Positions 53,154-61,240 of a DNA stretch of 64,000 nt are shown here, one piece after another; within the stretch, counting starts at the first letter, position 1; each line of letters begins with the position of its first letter. The notes under the pieces are model-generated. The model ran no database searches. It was given only the letters and a program-made list of their open reading frames with translations, and was not told the origin of the DNA. Origin of the DNA: an uncultured beta proteobacterium (GTDB lineage Bacteria; Pseudomonadota; Gammaproteobacteria; Burkholderiales; Burkholderiaceae_F). The stretch is taken from NCBI GenBank assembly GCA_963769745.1, contig CAVYNB010000041.1, forward strand, positions 54,603-118,602, read 5' to 3'. Made by a program: the position numbers and the translations under genes.

Positions 53154-54368
53154 ATGGTCGAGTTTCCGCGCATCAAGCGCCTGCCGCCGTATGTCTTCAA
53201 CATCACAGGTGAGTTGAAGATGGCCGCGCGTCGTCGCGGCGAAGACATCATCGACATGAGCATGGGTAATCCGGATGGACCCACGCCCAGGCACATCGTC
53301 GACAAGCTGGTCGAAGCGGCACAGCGGCAGGATACCCATGGATACTCGGTGTCCAAGGGCATTCCCCGGCTGCGGCGCGCCATCACCAACTGGTACCAGA
53401 CGCGCTACGGCATTGAATTCGACCCGGACTCCGAGGCGATCGTCACGATCGGTTCGAAGGAGGGACTGGCACACCTGATGCTCGCCACGCTCGATCGCGG
53501 CGACACCGTGCTGGTACCGAACCCGAGCTACCCGATCCACATCTACGGCGCGATCATCGCCGGCGCCGACATCCGTTCCGTGCGCATGGACGGCGGCGTC
53601 GACTTCTTCGCCGAACTCGAGCGCGCGATCCGCGAGTCGCTGCCCAAGCCGAAGATGATGATCCTCGGCTTTCCCAGCAATCCGACCGCGCAGTGCGTCG
53701 ACCTCGAGTTCTTCCGCCGCGTGATTGCGCTCGCCCGCGAGCACGGCATCTACGTCGTGCACGACCTGGCCTATGCCGACATCACCTTCGACGGCTTCCG
53801 CGCCCCTTCCATCATGGAGGTCGACGGCGCGCGCGAGGTGGCGGTCGAGTTCTTCACGATGAGCAAGAGCTACAACATGGCCGGTTGGCGCATCGGCTTC
53901 ATGGTCGGCAACAAGGACCTCGTGTCGGCGCTCGCGCGTATCAAGAGTTATCACGACTACGGCACCTTCACGCCGATCCAGGTTGCATCGATCGCCGCGC
54001 TCGAGGGGCCGCAGGACTGCGTCGAGGAGATCCGCCGCGAGTACCAGCGGCGCCGCGACGTGCTCGCGCGCGGACTGCACGAGGCGGGATGGATGGTCGA
54101 CGTGCCCAAGGCTTCGATGTACATCTGGGCGAAGATCCCGGAGCCGTACCGGGATATGGGATCGCTCGAATTCGCCAAGAAGGTGCTGGCCGATGCCAAG
54201 GTGGCCGTGTCGCCCGGAATCGGCTTCGGCGACTATGGTGACACCCACGTGCGCTTTGCCTTGATAGAAAATGAACACCGCATCAAGCAGGCGGTGCGTG
54301 GCATCAAGGACATGTTGCGCAAGGATGGCCTGCTGGTTCCGCGCGTTCCCGACAAGGCTGCGGCGTAA
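53154..54368 (+). CDS. class I/II PLP-dependent aminotransferase (AlaC-like alanine/aspartate transaminase)
   Basis: [13 protein letters not shown]..., NPSYPIH, and the PLP lysine region [15 protein letters not shown]. Confidence 0.85.
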   Translation: MVEFPRIKRLPPYVFNITGELKMAARRRGEDIIDMSMGNPDGPTPRHIVDKLVEAAQRQDTHGYSVSKGIPRLRRAITNWYQTRYGIEFDPDSEAIVTIGSKEGLAHLMLATLDRGDTVLVPNPSYPIHIYGAIIAGADIRSVRMDGGVDFFAELERAIRESLPKPKMMILGFPSNPTAQCVDLEFFRRVIALAREHGIYVVHDLAYADITFDGFRAPSIMEVDGAREVAVEFFTMSKSYNMAGWRIGFMVGNKDLVSALARIKSYHDYGTFTPIQVASIAALEGPQDCVEEIRREYQRRRDVLARGLHEAGWMVDVPKASMYIWAKIPEPYRDMGSLEFAKKVLADAKVAVSPGIGFGDYGDTHVRFALIENEHRIKQAVRGIKDMLRKDGLLVPRVPDKAAA

Positions 54369-54419
54369 GCCGATCCCTGAACCCTCCGGCGCCTGCGTGC
54401 GTCGCCTGGCCACATTACG

Positions 54420-55730
54420 ATGAATCCGATCAAGGTCGGTCTGCTCGGACTGGGCACCGTTGGCCGCGGCACGTACAGCGTGCTCCGGCGCAATCAGCAT
54501 GAGATCACCCGGCGTGCCGGCCGCGGTATCGAGATCGCGGCCGTTGCGGTTCGCGATGCCGCCAAGGCGCGCACCTTTCTCGGCGGCGATCTGCCGATCA
54601 CGACGGATCCCCTCGACGTGGTCCGGCGACCGGACATCGACATCGTGGTGGAACTGATCGGCGGCTACGAGCCGGCGCGCTCGCTGGTGCTCGAGGCGAT
54701 CGCGCTCGGCAAGCATGTCGTCACGGCGAACAAGGCACTGCTCGCGCGCCACGGGAACGAGATCTTCGAGGCGGCGCGAGCGCGCGGCGTGATGGTCGCC
54801 TTCGAGGCGGCGGTAGCCGGTGGCATTCCGATCATCAAGGCCCTGCGCGAAGGACTGACCGCCAACCGCATCGAGTGGCTCGCCGGCATCATCAACGGCA
54901 CCAGCAATTTCATCCTGTCCGAAATGCGCTCGGGCGGACAGCCGTTCGAGGTCGTGCTGGCTGAAGCGCAGCGGCTCGGGTATGCGGAAGCCGATCCCAC
55001 GTTCGACATCGAGGGGATTGATGCTGCCCACAAGCTGACGCTGCTGGCCGCGATTGCCTTCGGCGTGCCGATCAGGTTCGAGGCGGCCTACACGGAGGGT
55101 ATTGCGCACCTGGCCGCCGCCGACATCAAGTACGCCGAGCAGCTCGGCTACCGCATCAAGCTGCTCGGCATCGCAAAGCGCACTGCACAGGGCATCGAAC
55201 TGCGCGTCCATCCGACGCTGGTACCGATGCAGCGCCTCATCGCCAGCGTCGAAGGGGCGATGAACGCCATCCTCGTCAAGGGCGACGCAGTGGGCACGAC
55301 GCTGTACTACGGTCCGGGCGCGGGTTCGGAGCCGACTGCATCGGCCGTGATCGCCGACCTCGTCGACGTGACGCGCATGCTGACCGCGGACCCGGAAAAT
55401 CATGTCCCGCACCTGGCATTCCAGGCCGATGCGATGGCCACGGTGCCGTGGCTCACGATCGAGGACACGATCACGTCGTACTACTTCCGCATGCGTGTCG
55501 CGGACCAGCCCGGAGTCCTGGCGGACATCACGCGCATCCTGGCCGATGGCCGCATCTCGATCAACGCGCTGTTCCAGCGCGAGCCGTCGGAAGGCGAGAA
55601 CCAGACCGACATCATCATGCTGACGCACGATGCGGTGGAGCGCGAAGTCAATGCCGCATTGCGCCGGATCGAGGCCCTGCCGACCGTGCTCGCGCCGGTG
55701 ATCCGCATTCGCCAGGAAGAGCTGCTGTAG
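54420..55730 (+). CDS. hom: homoserine dehydrogenase
   Basis: IKVGLLGLGTVG..., VVTANKAL, and a C-terminal ACT domain. Confidence 0.93.
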   Translation: MNPIKVGLLGLGTVGRGTYSVLRRNQHEITRRAGRGIEIAAVAVRDAAKARTFLGGDLPITTDPLDVVRRPDIDIVVELIGGYEPARSLVLEAIALGKHVVTANKALLARHGNEIFEAARARGVMVAFEAAVAGGIPIIKALREGLTANRIEWLAGIINGTSNFILSEMRSGGQPFEVVLAEAQRLGYAEADPTFDIEGIDAAHKLTLLAAIAFGVPIRFEAAYTEGIAHLAAADIKYAEQLGYRIKLLGIAKRTAQGIELRVHPTLVPMQRLIASVEGAMNAILVKGDAVGTTLYYGPGAGSEPTASAVIADLVDVTRMLTADPENHVPHLAFQADAMATVPWLTIEDTITSYYFRMRVADQPGVLADITRILADGRISINALFQREPSEGENQTDIIMLTHDAVEREVNAALRRIEALPTVLAPVIRIRQEELL

Positions 55731-55741
55731 TGGCGGCGGGC

Positions 55742-57172
55742 ATGCGCTACGTCTCGACGCGCGGCCGCGCCCCCGAGCGTGGATTCACCGACATCCTGCT
55801 GTCGGGGCTCGCCGATGATGGTGGCCTGTATGTTCCCGCGTACTACCCGCAGGTGACCCGCGCCGACCTGGATGCCTGGCGCACGCTGTCGTACGCGGAG
55901 CTCGCGGCCGAGATCATCGGCCGGTATGCGACTGACATCGCGCCGGCGCGCCTGGCGCAGTTGTGCCATGCCACGTATTCGGCGTCGGTCTACAGCAATA
56001 GCCGTCCCGGAAGCGCTGCGAGCGATATCACGCCGCTGCGCTGGCTGGAACCCGGGCTGGCGCTGCTCGAACTGTCCAATGGGCCCACGCTCGCGTTCAA
56101 GGACATGGCGATGCAGCTGCTCGGTGCGCTGTTCGAGCATGTGCTCGCGGAGCGCGGCGGGCGGCTGAACATCCTCGGGGCGACGTCGGGCGACACCGGC
56201 TCGGCGGCCGAGTACGCGTTACGCGGACGGTCGGGCATCAATGTGTTCATGCTGTCGCCGCAGGGGCGCATGAGCGAATTCCAGCGCGCGCAGATGTACT
56301 CGCTGCAGGACGCGAACATCCACAACCTGGCGGTCGCGGGCACGTTCGACGACTGCCAGGACCTGGTGAAGTCCGTCGCGGGAGACCTCGAGTTCAAGGC
56401 CCAATGGCACATCGGCAGCGTCAACTCGATCAACTGGGGTCGTATCGTCGCCCAGGTCGTCTACTACTTCCGCGGCTACCTCGCGGCGACGAGCCGCTCG
56501 GACGAGCGCGTCTCGTTCGCGGTGCCGTCGGGCAATTTCGGCAACATACTTTCCGGCTGGATCGCCCGCAAAATGGGACTGCCGATCGACAAGCTCGTGC
56601 TCGCCACCAACGAGAACGACGTGCTCGACGAGTTCTTCCGCACCGGTCGCTATCGCGTGCGTGGCGGGGGCGAGACGCACGCAACGAGCAGCCCGTCGAT
56701 GGACATCAGCAAGGCCTCCAACTTCGAGCGCTTCATGTTCGACATCGTCGGGCGCGATGCGGGCATCGTGCGCGAACTGTGGTGGGAGATCGACACGCGC
56801 GGCGAGTTCCACCTGGCGGGAACGCCATTTTTCGACGTCATCCGCTCGTGCGGCATGGTGTCGGGACGCAGCAACCATGTCGATCGCCTGCGCACGATCC
56901 GGCTGATCGAGCAGCGCCACGGCGTCGTGATCGATCCGCACACCGCGGACGGGGTCAAGGTCGCACTGGAACATCGCGACGCGCCCGTGCCGATGATCTG
57001 TCTCGAAACGGCGCTGCCGGCCAAGTTCGCTGAAACGATCGTCGAAGCGCTCGGACATCCGCCGGAGCGGCCGGCGGCCTTCGCCGGCATCGAAGCGCTG
57101 CCGCAGCGGGTCGAAAGCATCGGCGCCGACCCGCAGGTCATCAAGGCCCGTATCGCAGCTGCGTGCGGCTGA
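55742..57172 (+). CDS. thrC: threonine synthase (long form)
   Basis: MRYVSTRG..., PTLAFKDMAMQ (PLP lysine), GATSGDTGSAA. Confidence 0.93.
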   Translation: MRYVSTRGRAPERGFTDILLSGLADDGGLYVPAYYPQVTRADLDAWRTLSYAELAAEIIGRYATDIAPARLAQLCHATYSASVYSNSRPGSAASDITPLRWLEPGLALLELSNGPTLAFKDMAMQLLGALFEHVLAERGGRLNILGATSGDTGSAAEYALRGRSGINVFMLSPQGRMSEFQRAQMYSLQDANIHNLAVAGTFDDCQDLVKSVAGDLEFKAQWHIGSVNSINWGRIVAQVVYYFRGYLAATSRSDERVSFAVPSGNFGNILSGWIARKMGLPIDKLVLATNENDVLDEFFRTGRYRVRGGGETHATSSPSMDISKASNFERFMFDIVGRDAGIVRELWWEIDTRGEFHLAGTPFFDVIRSCGMVSGRSNHVDRLRTIRLIEQRHGVVIDPHTADGVKVALEHRDAPVPMICLETALPAKFAETIVEALGHPPERPAAFAGIEALPQRVESIGADPQVIKARIAAACG

Positions 57173-57178
57173 GCGCGC

Positions 57179-57673
57179 ATGAAGGCGATCGGTGTCATCG
57201 GCTACTCGAACAGCGGCAAGACCACGCTCATCGAGAGGCTGATTCCGATCTTCCGGGCGCGCGGCCTGTCCGTGTCGGCGATCAAGAACGCGCATCACGG
57301 TTTCGACATGGACCGCCCGGGCAAGGACTCGTTTCGGTACCGTGAAGCGGGAGCCGGACAGGTCCTGATTGCGACCGCGCTGCGCTGGGCGATGCTGACC
57401 GAGACGCCACAGCAATCGGCAACGCTCGATGAGCTGCTGGCGTTGCTGGCTCCATGCGACCTGGTGATCATCGAAGGCTTCAAGAGCGAGGGCCACATCC
57501 CGCGCATCGAGGTGCGCCGCGCCAGCCAGGCGGAACCCGCCATCTTTCCGCACGACCCGAACGTCGTGGCCGTCGCCGCCGACGGCCCGATCGACACCGG
57601 GCTTCCGGTGCTGGACCTGAACGCGCCCGCTAAGATTGCCGAGTTCATATCGACGTACCTGGGACTCGACTGA
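57179..57673 (+). CDS. mobB: molybdopterin-guanine dinucleotide biosynthesis adaptor MobB
   Basis: GYSNSGKTTLIERLI (P-loop) and ...IIEGFK... Confidence 0.88.
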   Translation: MKAIGVIGYSNSGKTTLIERLIPIFRARGLSVSAIKNAHHGFDMDRPGKDSFRYREAGAGQVLIATALRWAMLTETPQQSATLDELLALLAPCDLVIIEGFKSEGHIPRIEVRRASQAEPAIFPHDPNVVAVAADGPIDTGLPVLDLNAPAKIAEFISTYLGLD

Positions 57674-58863
57674 TGCTCACGGTGGAAGAGGCGCTCGCGC
57701 GCATGTTGCAGCGAGCGGATCCCGTCGAGGTCGAAACCGTGCCGACGCTGGAGGCGCATGGCCGCATCCTTGCAGCCGATGTGATCTCGGCGCTCGCGGT
57801 GCCTCCGCTCGACAACTCACAGATGGACGGCTACGCGGTGCGCACACTCGATGTGCCGGCGGCGGGGACGACGCTGCGCGTGAGCCAGCGCATTGCCGCC
57901 GGTCACGTCGGCGTGCCTCTGGAGCCGGGCACCGCAGCCCGCATCTTTACCGGGGCGCCGGTTCCGGCAGGCGCCGATGCAGTCGTCATGCAGGAGTCCT
58001 GCAGCGCTGACGGCGATCGCGTCACCCTCAATGACATGCCGCAACGTGGCGCATGGATACGTCGCGCCGGTATCGACATCGGCTCCGGTGACACGGTGGT
58101 CGCCGCGGGAGCGCGTTTGCGTCCGCAGGATGTCGGTCTGATCGCGGCCGTCGGCGCCGAGCGGGTCACGGTGCACCGGCGAGTCCGCGTCGCGGTGTTC
58201 TTCACCGGAGACGAACTGGCGATGCCCGGTGAACCGCTGGCGGCCGGCCGCATCTACAACTCCAATCGATTCGTGCTGCGCGCACTGCTGGAGCGTCTCG
58301 GATGCGACGTGGTCGACCTCGGCATCATTCCTGACGACCGCGCACGAACCCGGGCCGCCTTTGTCGAGGCCGCTGCGCGCGCCGACTTGATCATCACGTC
58401 GGGCGGGGTGTCGGTCGGCGAGGAAGATCATGTGAAGCCGGCGGTCGAAGCGGAAGGAGCGCTCGAGCTGTGGCAGATCGCGATGAAGCCGGGAAAGCCA
58501 GTCGCCTTCGGCCGGGTTCGTGACATCCCTTTCATCGGACTGCCGGGCAATCCGGTCTCGAGCTTCGTGACGTTCCTGCTGTTCGGCCGTCCATTCGTCC
58601 TTCATCGGCAGGGCGCGCGATCAAGCGCAGTCCAGGCCTTCAGGCTGCGCGCAGATTTCGACTGGCCGAAGCCGGACAAGCGGCGCGAGTTCCTGCGCGT
58701 GCGACGCAATGCCGAGGACGGTGTAGAACTGTTTCCGACGCAGAATTCGGCGGTGCTGAATTCGACGGCGTGGGCCGATGGCCTCGTCGACCACCCGGCG
58801 GGCGCGACGATAGGCCGTGGCGACACCGTCCGTTACCTGTCCTTTTCCGATCTTCTTGCCTGA
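57673..58863 (+). CDS. moeA: molybdopterin molybdotransferase MoeA
   Basis: PPLDNSQMDGYAVR..., TSGGVSVGEEDH, GLPGNPVS. Confidence 0.92.
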   Translation: MLTVEEALARMLQRADPVEVETVPTLEAHGRILAADVISALAVPPLDNSQMDGYAVRTLDVPAAGTTLRVSQRIAAGHVGVPLEPGTAARIFTGAPVPAGADAVVMQESCSADGDRVTLNDMPQRGAWIRRAGIDIGSGDTVVAAGARLRPQDVGLIAAVGAERVTVHRRVRVAVFFTGDELAMPGEPLAAGRIYNSNRFVLRALLERLGCDVVDLGIIPDDRARTRAAFVEAAARADLIITSGGVSVGEEDHVKPAVEAEGALELWQIAMKPGKPVAFGRVRDIPFIGLPGNPVSSFVTFLLFGRPFVLHRQGARSSAVQAFRLRADFDWPKPDKRREFLRVRRNAEDGVELFPTQNSAVLNSTAWADGLVDHPAGATIGRGDTVRYLSFSDLLA

Positions 58864-58875
58864 GGTGCGGTCTCG

Positions 58876-59133
58876 ATGAACGTCACGGTCATGTACTTCG
58901 CCGCCCTGCGCGAGCGCATCGGCTGTGCGCGCGAGGAGTGCGAGTTGCCGTCCGGCGTGAGCACCGTGGGCGCGCTGCGCGAATGGCTCGTGGCGCGCGG
59001 CTCGCCCTGGCGCGAAGCCTTCGGCGAGATGCCGCGTGTGCGCACGGCCGTCGACCAGACGATGGCGCGCGACGACACCCGGATCCACGATCGTGCCGAG
59101 GTCGCGTTCTTCCCGCCGGTGACGGGCGGCTGA
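58876..59133 (+). CDS. moaD: molybdopterin synthase sulfur-carrier subunit MoaD
   Basis: 85 aa with a ubiquitin-like fold, ending ...FFPPVTGG (C-terminal Gly-Gly). Confidence 0.9.
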   Translation: MNVTVMYFAALRERIGCAREECELPSGVSTVGALREWLVARGSPWREAFGEMPRVRTAVDQTMARDDTRIHDRAEVAFFPPVTGG

Positions 59134-59162
59134 AGAGCCGGCCGGACGATGGAGGCTTGACG

Positions 59163-59624
59163 ATGATCCGCGTGCAGCACGAGGAGTTCGATGTGAATGC
59201 GGAGATCGCGCGACTGCGGGCTTCCAATCCGCGCATCGGTGCGATCGCCTGCTTCATCGGCGTCGTGCGTGACCTCAACGACGGCGCCGCTGTCGCATCG
59301 ATGACGCTCGAACACTATCCGGGCATGACCGAAAAGGCGCTCGGTGACATCGTCTCGCAGGCGCGCGCGCGCTGGGAGCTGTACGACATCCTGGTCGTCC
59401 ATCGTGTCGGCGAATTGCGTCCGACCGACCCGATCGTGCTGGTGGTCGTGACCAGCGCCCATCGCGGGTCGGCATTCGCCGCCTGCGAGTTCGTGATGGA
59501 CTACCTGAAGACCGACGCGCCGTTCTGGAAGAAGGAGGCGACGCCGGCAGGCGAGCGCTGGGTCGATGCGCGCGTGAGCGACGACGCTGCGCGCGAGCGC
59601 TGGGAGAAGGGCGCGAAGGCATGA
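59163..59624 (+). CDS. moaE: molybdopterin synthase catalytic subunit MoaE
   Basis: GAIACFIGVVRD..., VVTSAHRGSAFAACEFVMDYLKTDAPFWKKE. RBS GGAGG. Confidence 0.92.
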   Translation: MIRVQHEEFDVNAEIARLRASNPRIGAIACFIGVVRDLNDGAAVASMTLEHYPGMTEKALGDIVSQARARWELYDILVVHRVGELRPTDPIVLVVVTSAHRGSAFAACEFVMDYLKTDAPFWKKEATPAGERWVDARVSDDAARERWEKGAKA

Positions 59625-60019
59625 TCACGCGTGACGGACCGTTGTTGACCGTGCTCGGGGCGATTGCGATCGGTGCGGTGCTGGGCGCCTGGCTGCGCTG
59701 GGTGCTGTCGTACTGGCTGAACCCGCGCGTTGTCCACCTTCCGCTGGGAACGCTTGCGGCCAACCTCATCGGCGCCTACCTGATCGGGCTCGCCGTCGCC
59801 GCCTTTGCGACGCATCCGTCGATTTCGCCCTTCTGGAGACTGGCGCTGATCACCGGCTTTCTCGGCAGCCTCACGACGTTCTCGACCTTTTCGGCAGAAA
59901 GCGTTGTTTTGCTTCAGGGCGAACACTGGCGTGCCGCCGCGACCCACGTGCTGGCGCATCTCGGCGGATCGTTGCTGGCGACATTCGCCGGGATCGCGAC
60001 CTACCGGGCGTGGGGGTAG
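59621..60019 (+). CDS. crcB: fluoride efflux channel CrcB/FluC
   Basis: Four TM helices, GTLAANLIGAYLIG and GFLGSLTTFSTF motifs. ATGA overlap with moaE. Confidence 0.88.
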   Translation: MITRDGPLLTVLGAIAIGAVLGAWLRWVLSYWLNPRVVHLPLGTLAANLIGAYLIGLAVAAFATHPSISPFWRLALITGFLGSLTTFSTFSAESVVLLQGEHWRAAATHVLAHLGGSLLATFAGIATYRAWG

Positions 60020-60026
60020 TCACGGA

Positions 60027-60047
60027 GTTGCGTTAGTGCAACGCAAC
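60027..60047 (+). terminator. stem-loop after crcB with no U-tract (weak or uncertain terminator)
   Basis: GTTGCGTT-AGTGC-AACGCAAC, an 8-bp stem followed by AGGAG rather than a T-run. Confidence 0.3.
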
Positions 60048-60052
60048 AGGAG

Positions 60053-60097
60053 TTGACCAGTCCCCTGGTGCGCTGGTTATATTACTGACCGGTCAGT
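60053..60097 (+). promoter_or_regulatory. candidate promoter plus perfect 14-bp palindromic operator upstream of the RND efflux operon
   Basis: TTGACC (60053-60058) and TTATAT/TATATT (60077-60083), with an 18-19 nt spacer. These are followed immediately by ACTGACCGGTCAGT (60084-60097), a perfect inverted repeat 17 nt before the ATG. Confidence 0.5.
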
Positions 60098-60114
60098 TAT
60101 TTACTGGTCCTACC

Positions 60115-61236
60115 ATGCGTTCTGCCCTGATTGCCGTTTCGCTGCTTGTTGTCCTTGCGGGCTGCCAGCGCTCGACTCCACCCACCGACGAGATGCGCCC
60201 GGTGAGAACGATGACGGTCGCGCCCAAGTCGTCCGCCGCCATGGCCGAGTTCTCGGGGGAGGTTCGACCGCGGGTCGAAACTCGAGCGGGCTTCCAGGTG
60301 TCGGGTCGTGTGACGCAGCGCCTGGTCGAAGTCGGGCAGACCGTCAAGACGGGCCAGACGCTCGCCACGCTGGACGCGCAGGACTATCGACTGGCTGCCG
60401 ACGCAGCAGACGCCGGACTCAGCGCCGCCAAGGTCGACCGCGACCAGCAAAGGGCCGACTACCGGCGCTTCGAGGAACTGCAGCACAAGGGATTCATCAG
60501 CCAGGCGGATCTGGATCGCCGCAAGGCATCGCTCGACGCGGCCGAGGCCAGGTACCTGCAGGCCGACGCCAGCGCGCGAGCCAGTGGCAACCAGGCCGGC
60601 TATTCGACATTGCGTGCGCCTCACGATGCGGTCGTGATCGGCGTGGACGCCGAGGTGGGACAGGTGGTCGCCGCCGGCCAGTCGGTGATCCGGCTCGCGC
60701 GCATCGGCGAAAAGGAAGTGCTGATCGGAATCCCCGAACAGCAGCTCGCACTGCTCAAGGCCGCTAGCGACATCCAGGTGCGGCTGTGGGCCGGCGGCCC
60801 GCCGATCGAAGGACGGCTGCGCGAACTCGCGCCGGTCGCCGATCCCGCGACCCGCACTTTCCCTGCGCGCATCGCGCTGGTGAACCCTCCACCCACCGTG
60901 GCGCTGGGAATGACGGCAACGGTGGCTTTTGCGACGCCGATCGCGCAGCCGATCATTGCGGTGCCGCTGCAGGCTCTGCAGGCCGAGAGCGGCGCCACCC
61001 ATGCGTGGCTCTTCGATCCGGGCACGCAGTCAGTGCGACGCACGCGTGTGCAGGTCGTCAATGTCGCCGGCAACGAAATCGTCATCGGCGATGGACTCAA
61101 GGCGGGCGACATCGTCGTCACCGCCGGGGTACACCAGTTGAAGGAAGGGCAGAAAGTCCGTCAGCTGTCGGAGGCGACTCAACTCGCTCCGCCGGCCCCG
61201 GCGACCATCAAGCCGGAACCGTCGAAGAAAGGCTGA
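60115..61236 (+). CDS. efflux RND transporter periplasmic adaptor (membrane fusion protein) lipoprotein
   Basis: Lipobox VVLAGC, a lipoyl/hairpin/beta-barrel arrangement (GRVTQRLVEVGQTVKTGQTLATLD...YSTLRAPHDAVV...), and C-terminal VTAGVHQLKEGQKV. Confidence 0.88.
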   Translation: MRSALIAVSLLVVLAGCQRSTPPTDEMRPVRTMTVAPKSSAAMAEFSGEVRPRVETRAGFQVSGRVTQRLVEVGQTVKTGQTLATLDAQDYRLAADAADAGLSAAKVDRDQQRADYRRFEELQHKGFISQADLDRRKASLDAAEARYLQADASARASGNQAGYSTLRAPHDAVVIGVDAEVGQVVAAGQSVIRLARIGEKEVLIGIPEQQLALLKAASDIQVRLWAGGPPIEGRLRELAPVADPATRTFPARIALVNPPPTVALGMTATVAFATPIAQPIIAVPLQALQAESGATHAWLFDPGTQSVRRTRVQVVNVAGNEIVIGDGLKAGDIVVTAGVHQLKEGQKVRQLSEATQLAPPAPATIKPEPSKKG

Positions 61237-61240
61237 GCTC

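Noticed and set aside
59990-60114. A fluoride riboswitch associated with crcB.
   Set aside because: crcB overlaps moaE, so there is no upstream leader. The downstream spacer belongs to the RND operon promoter and lacks the riboswitch core.
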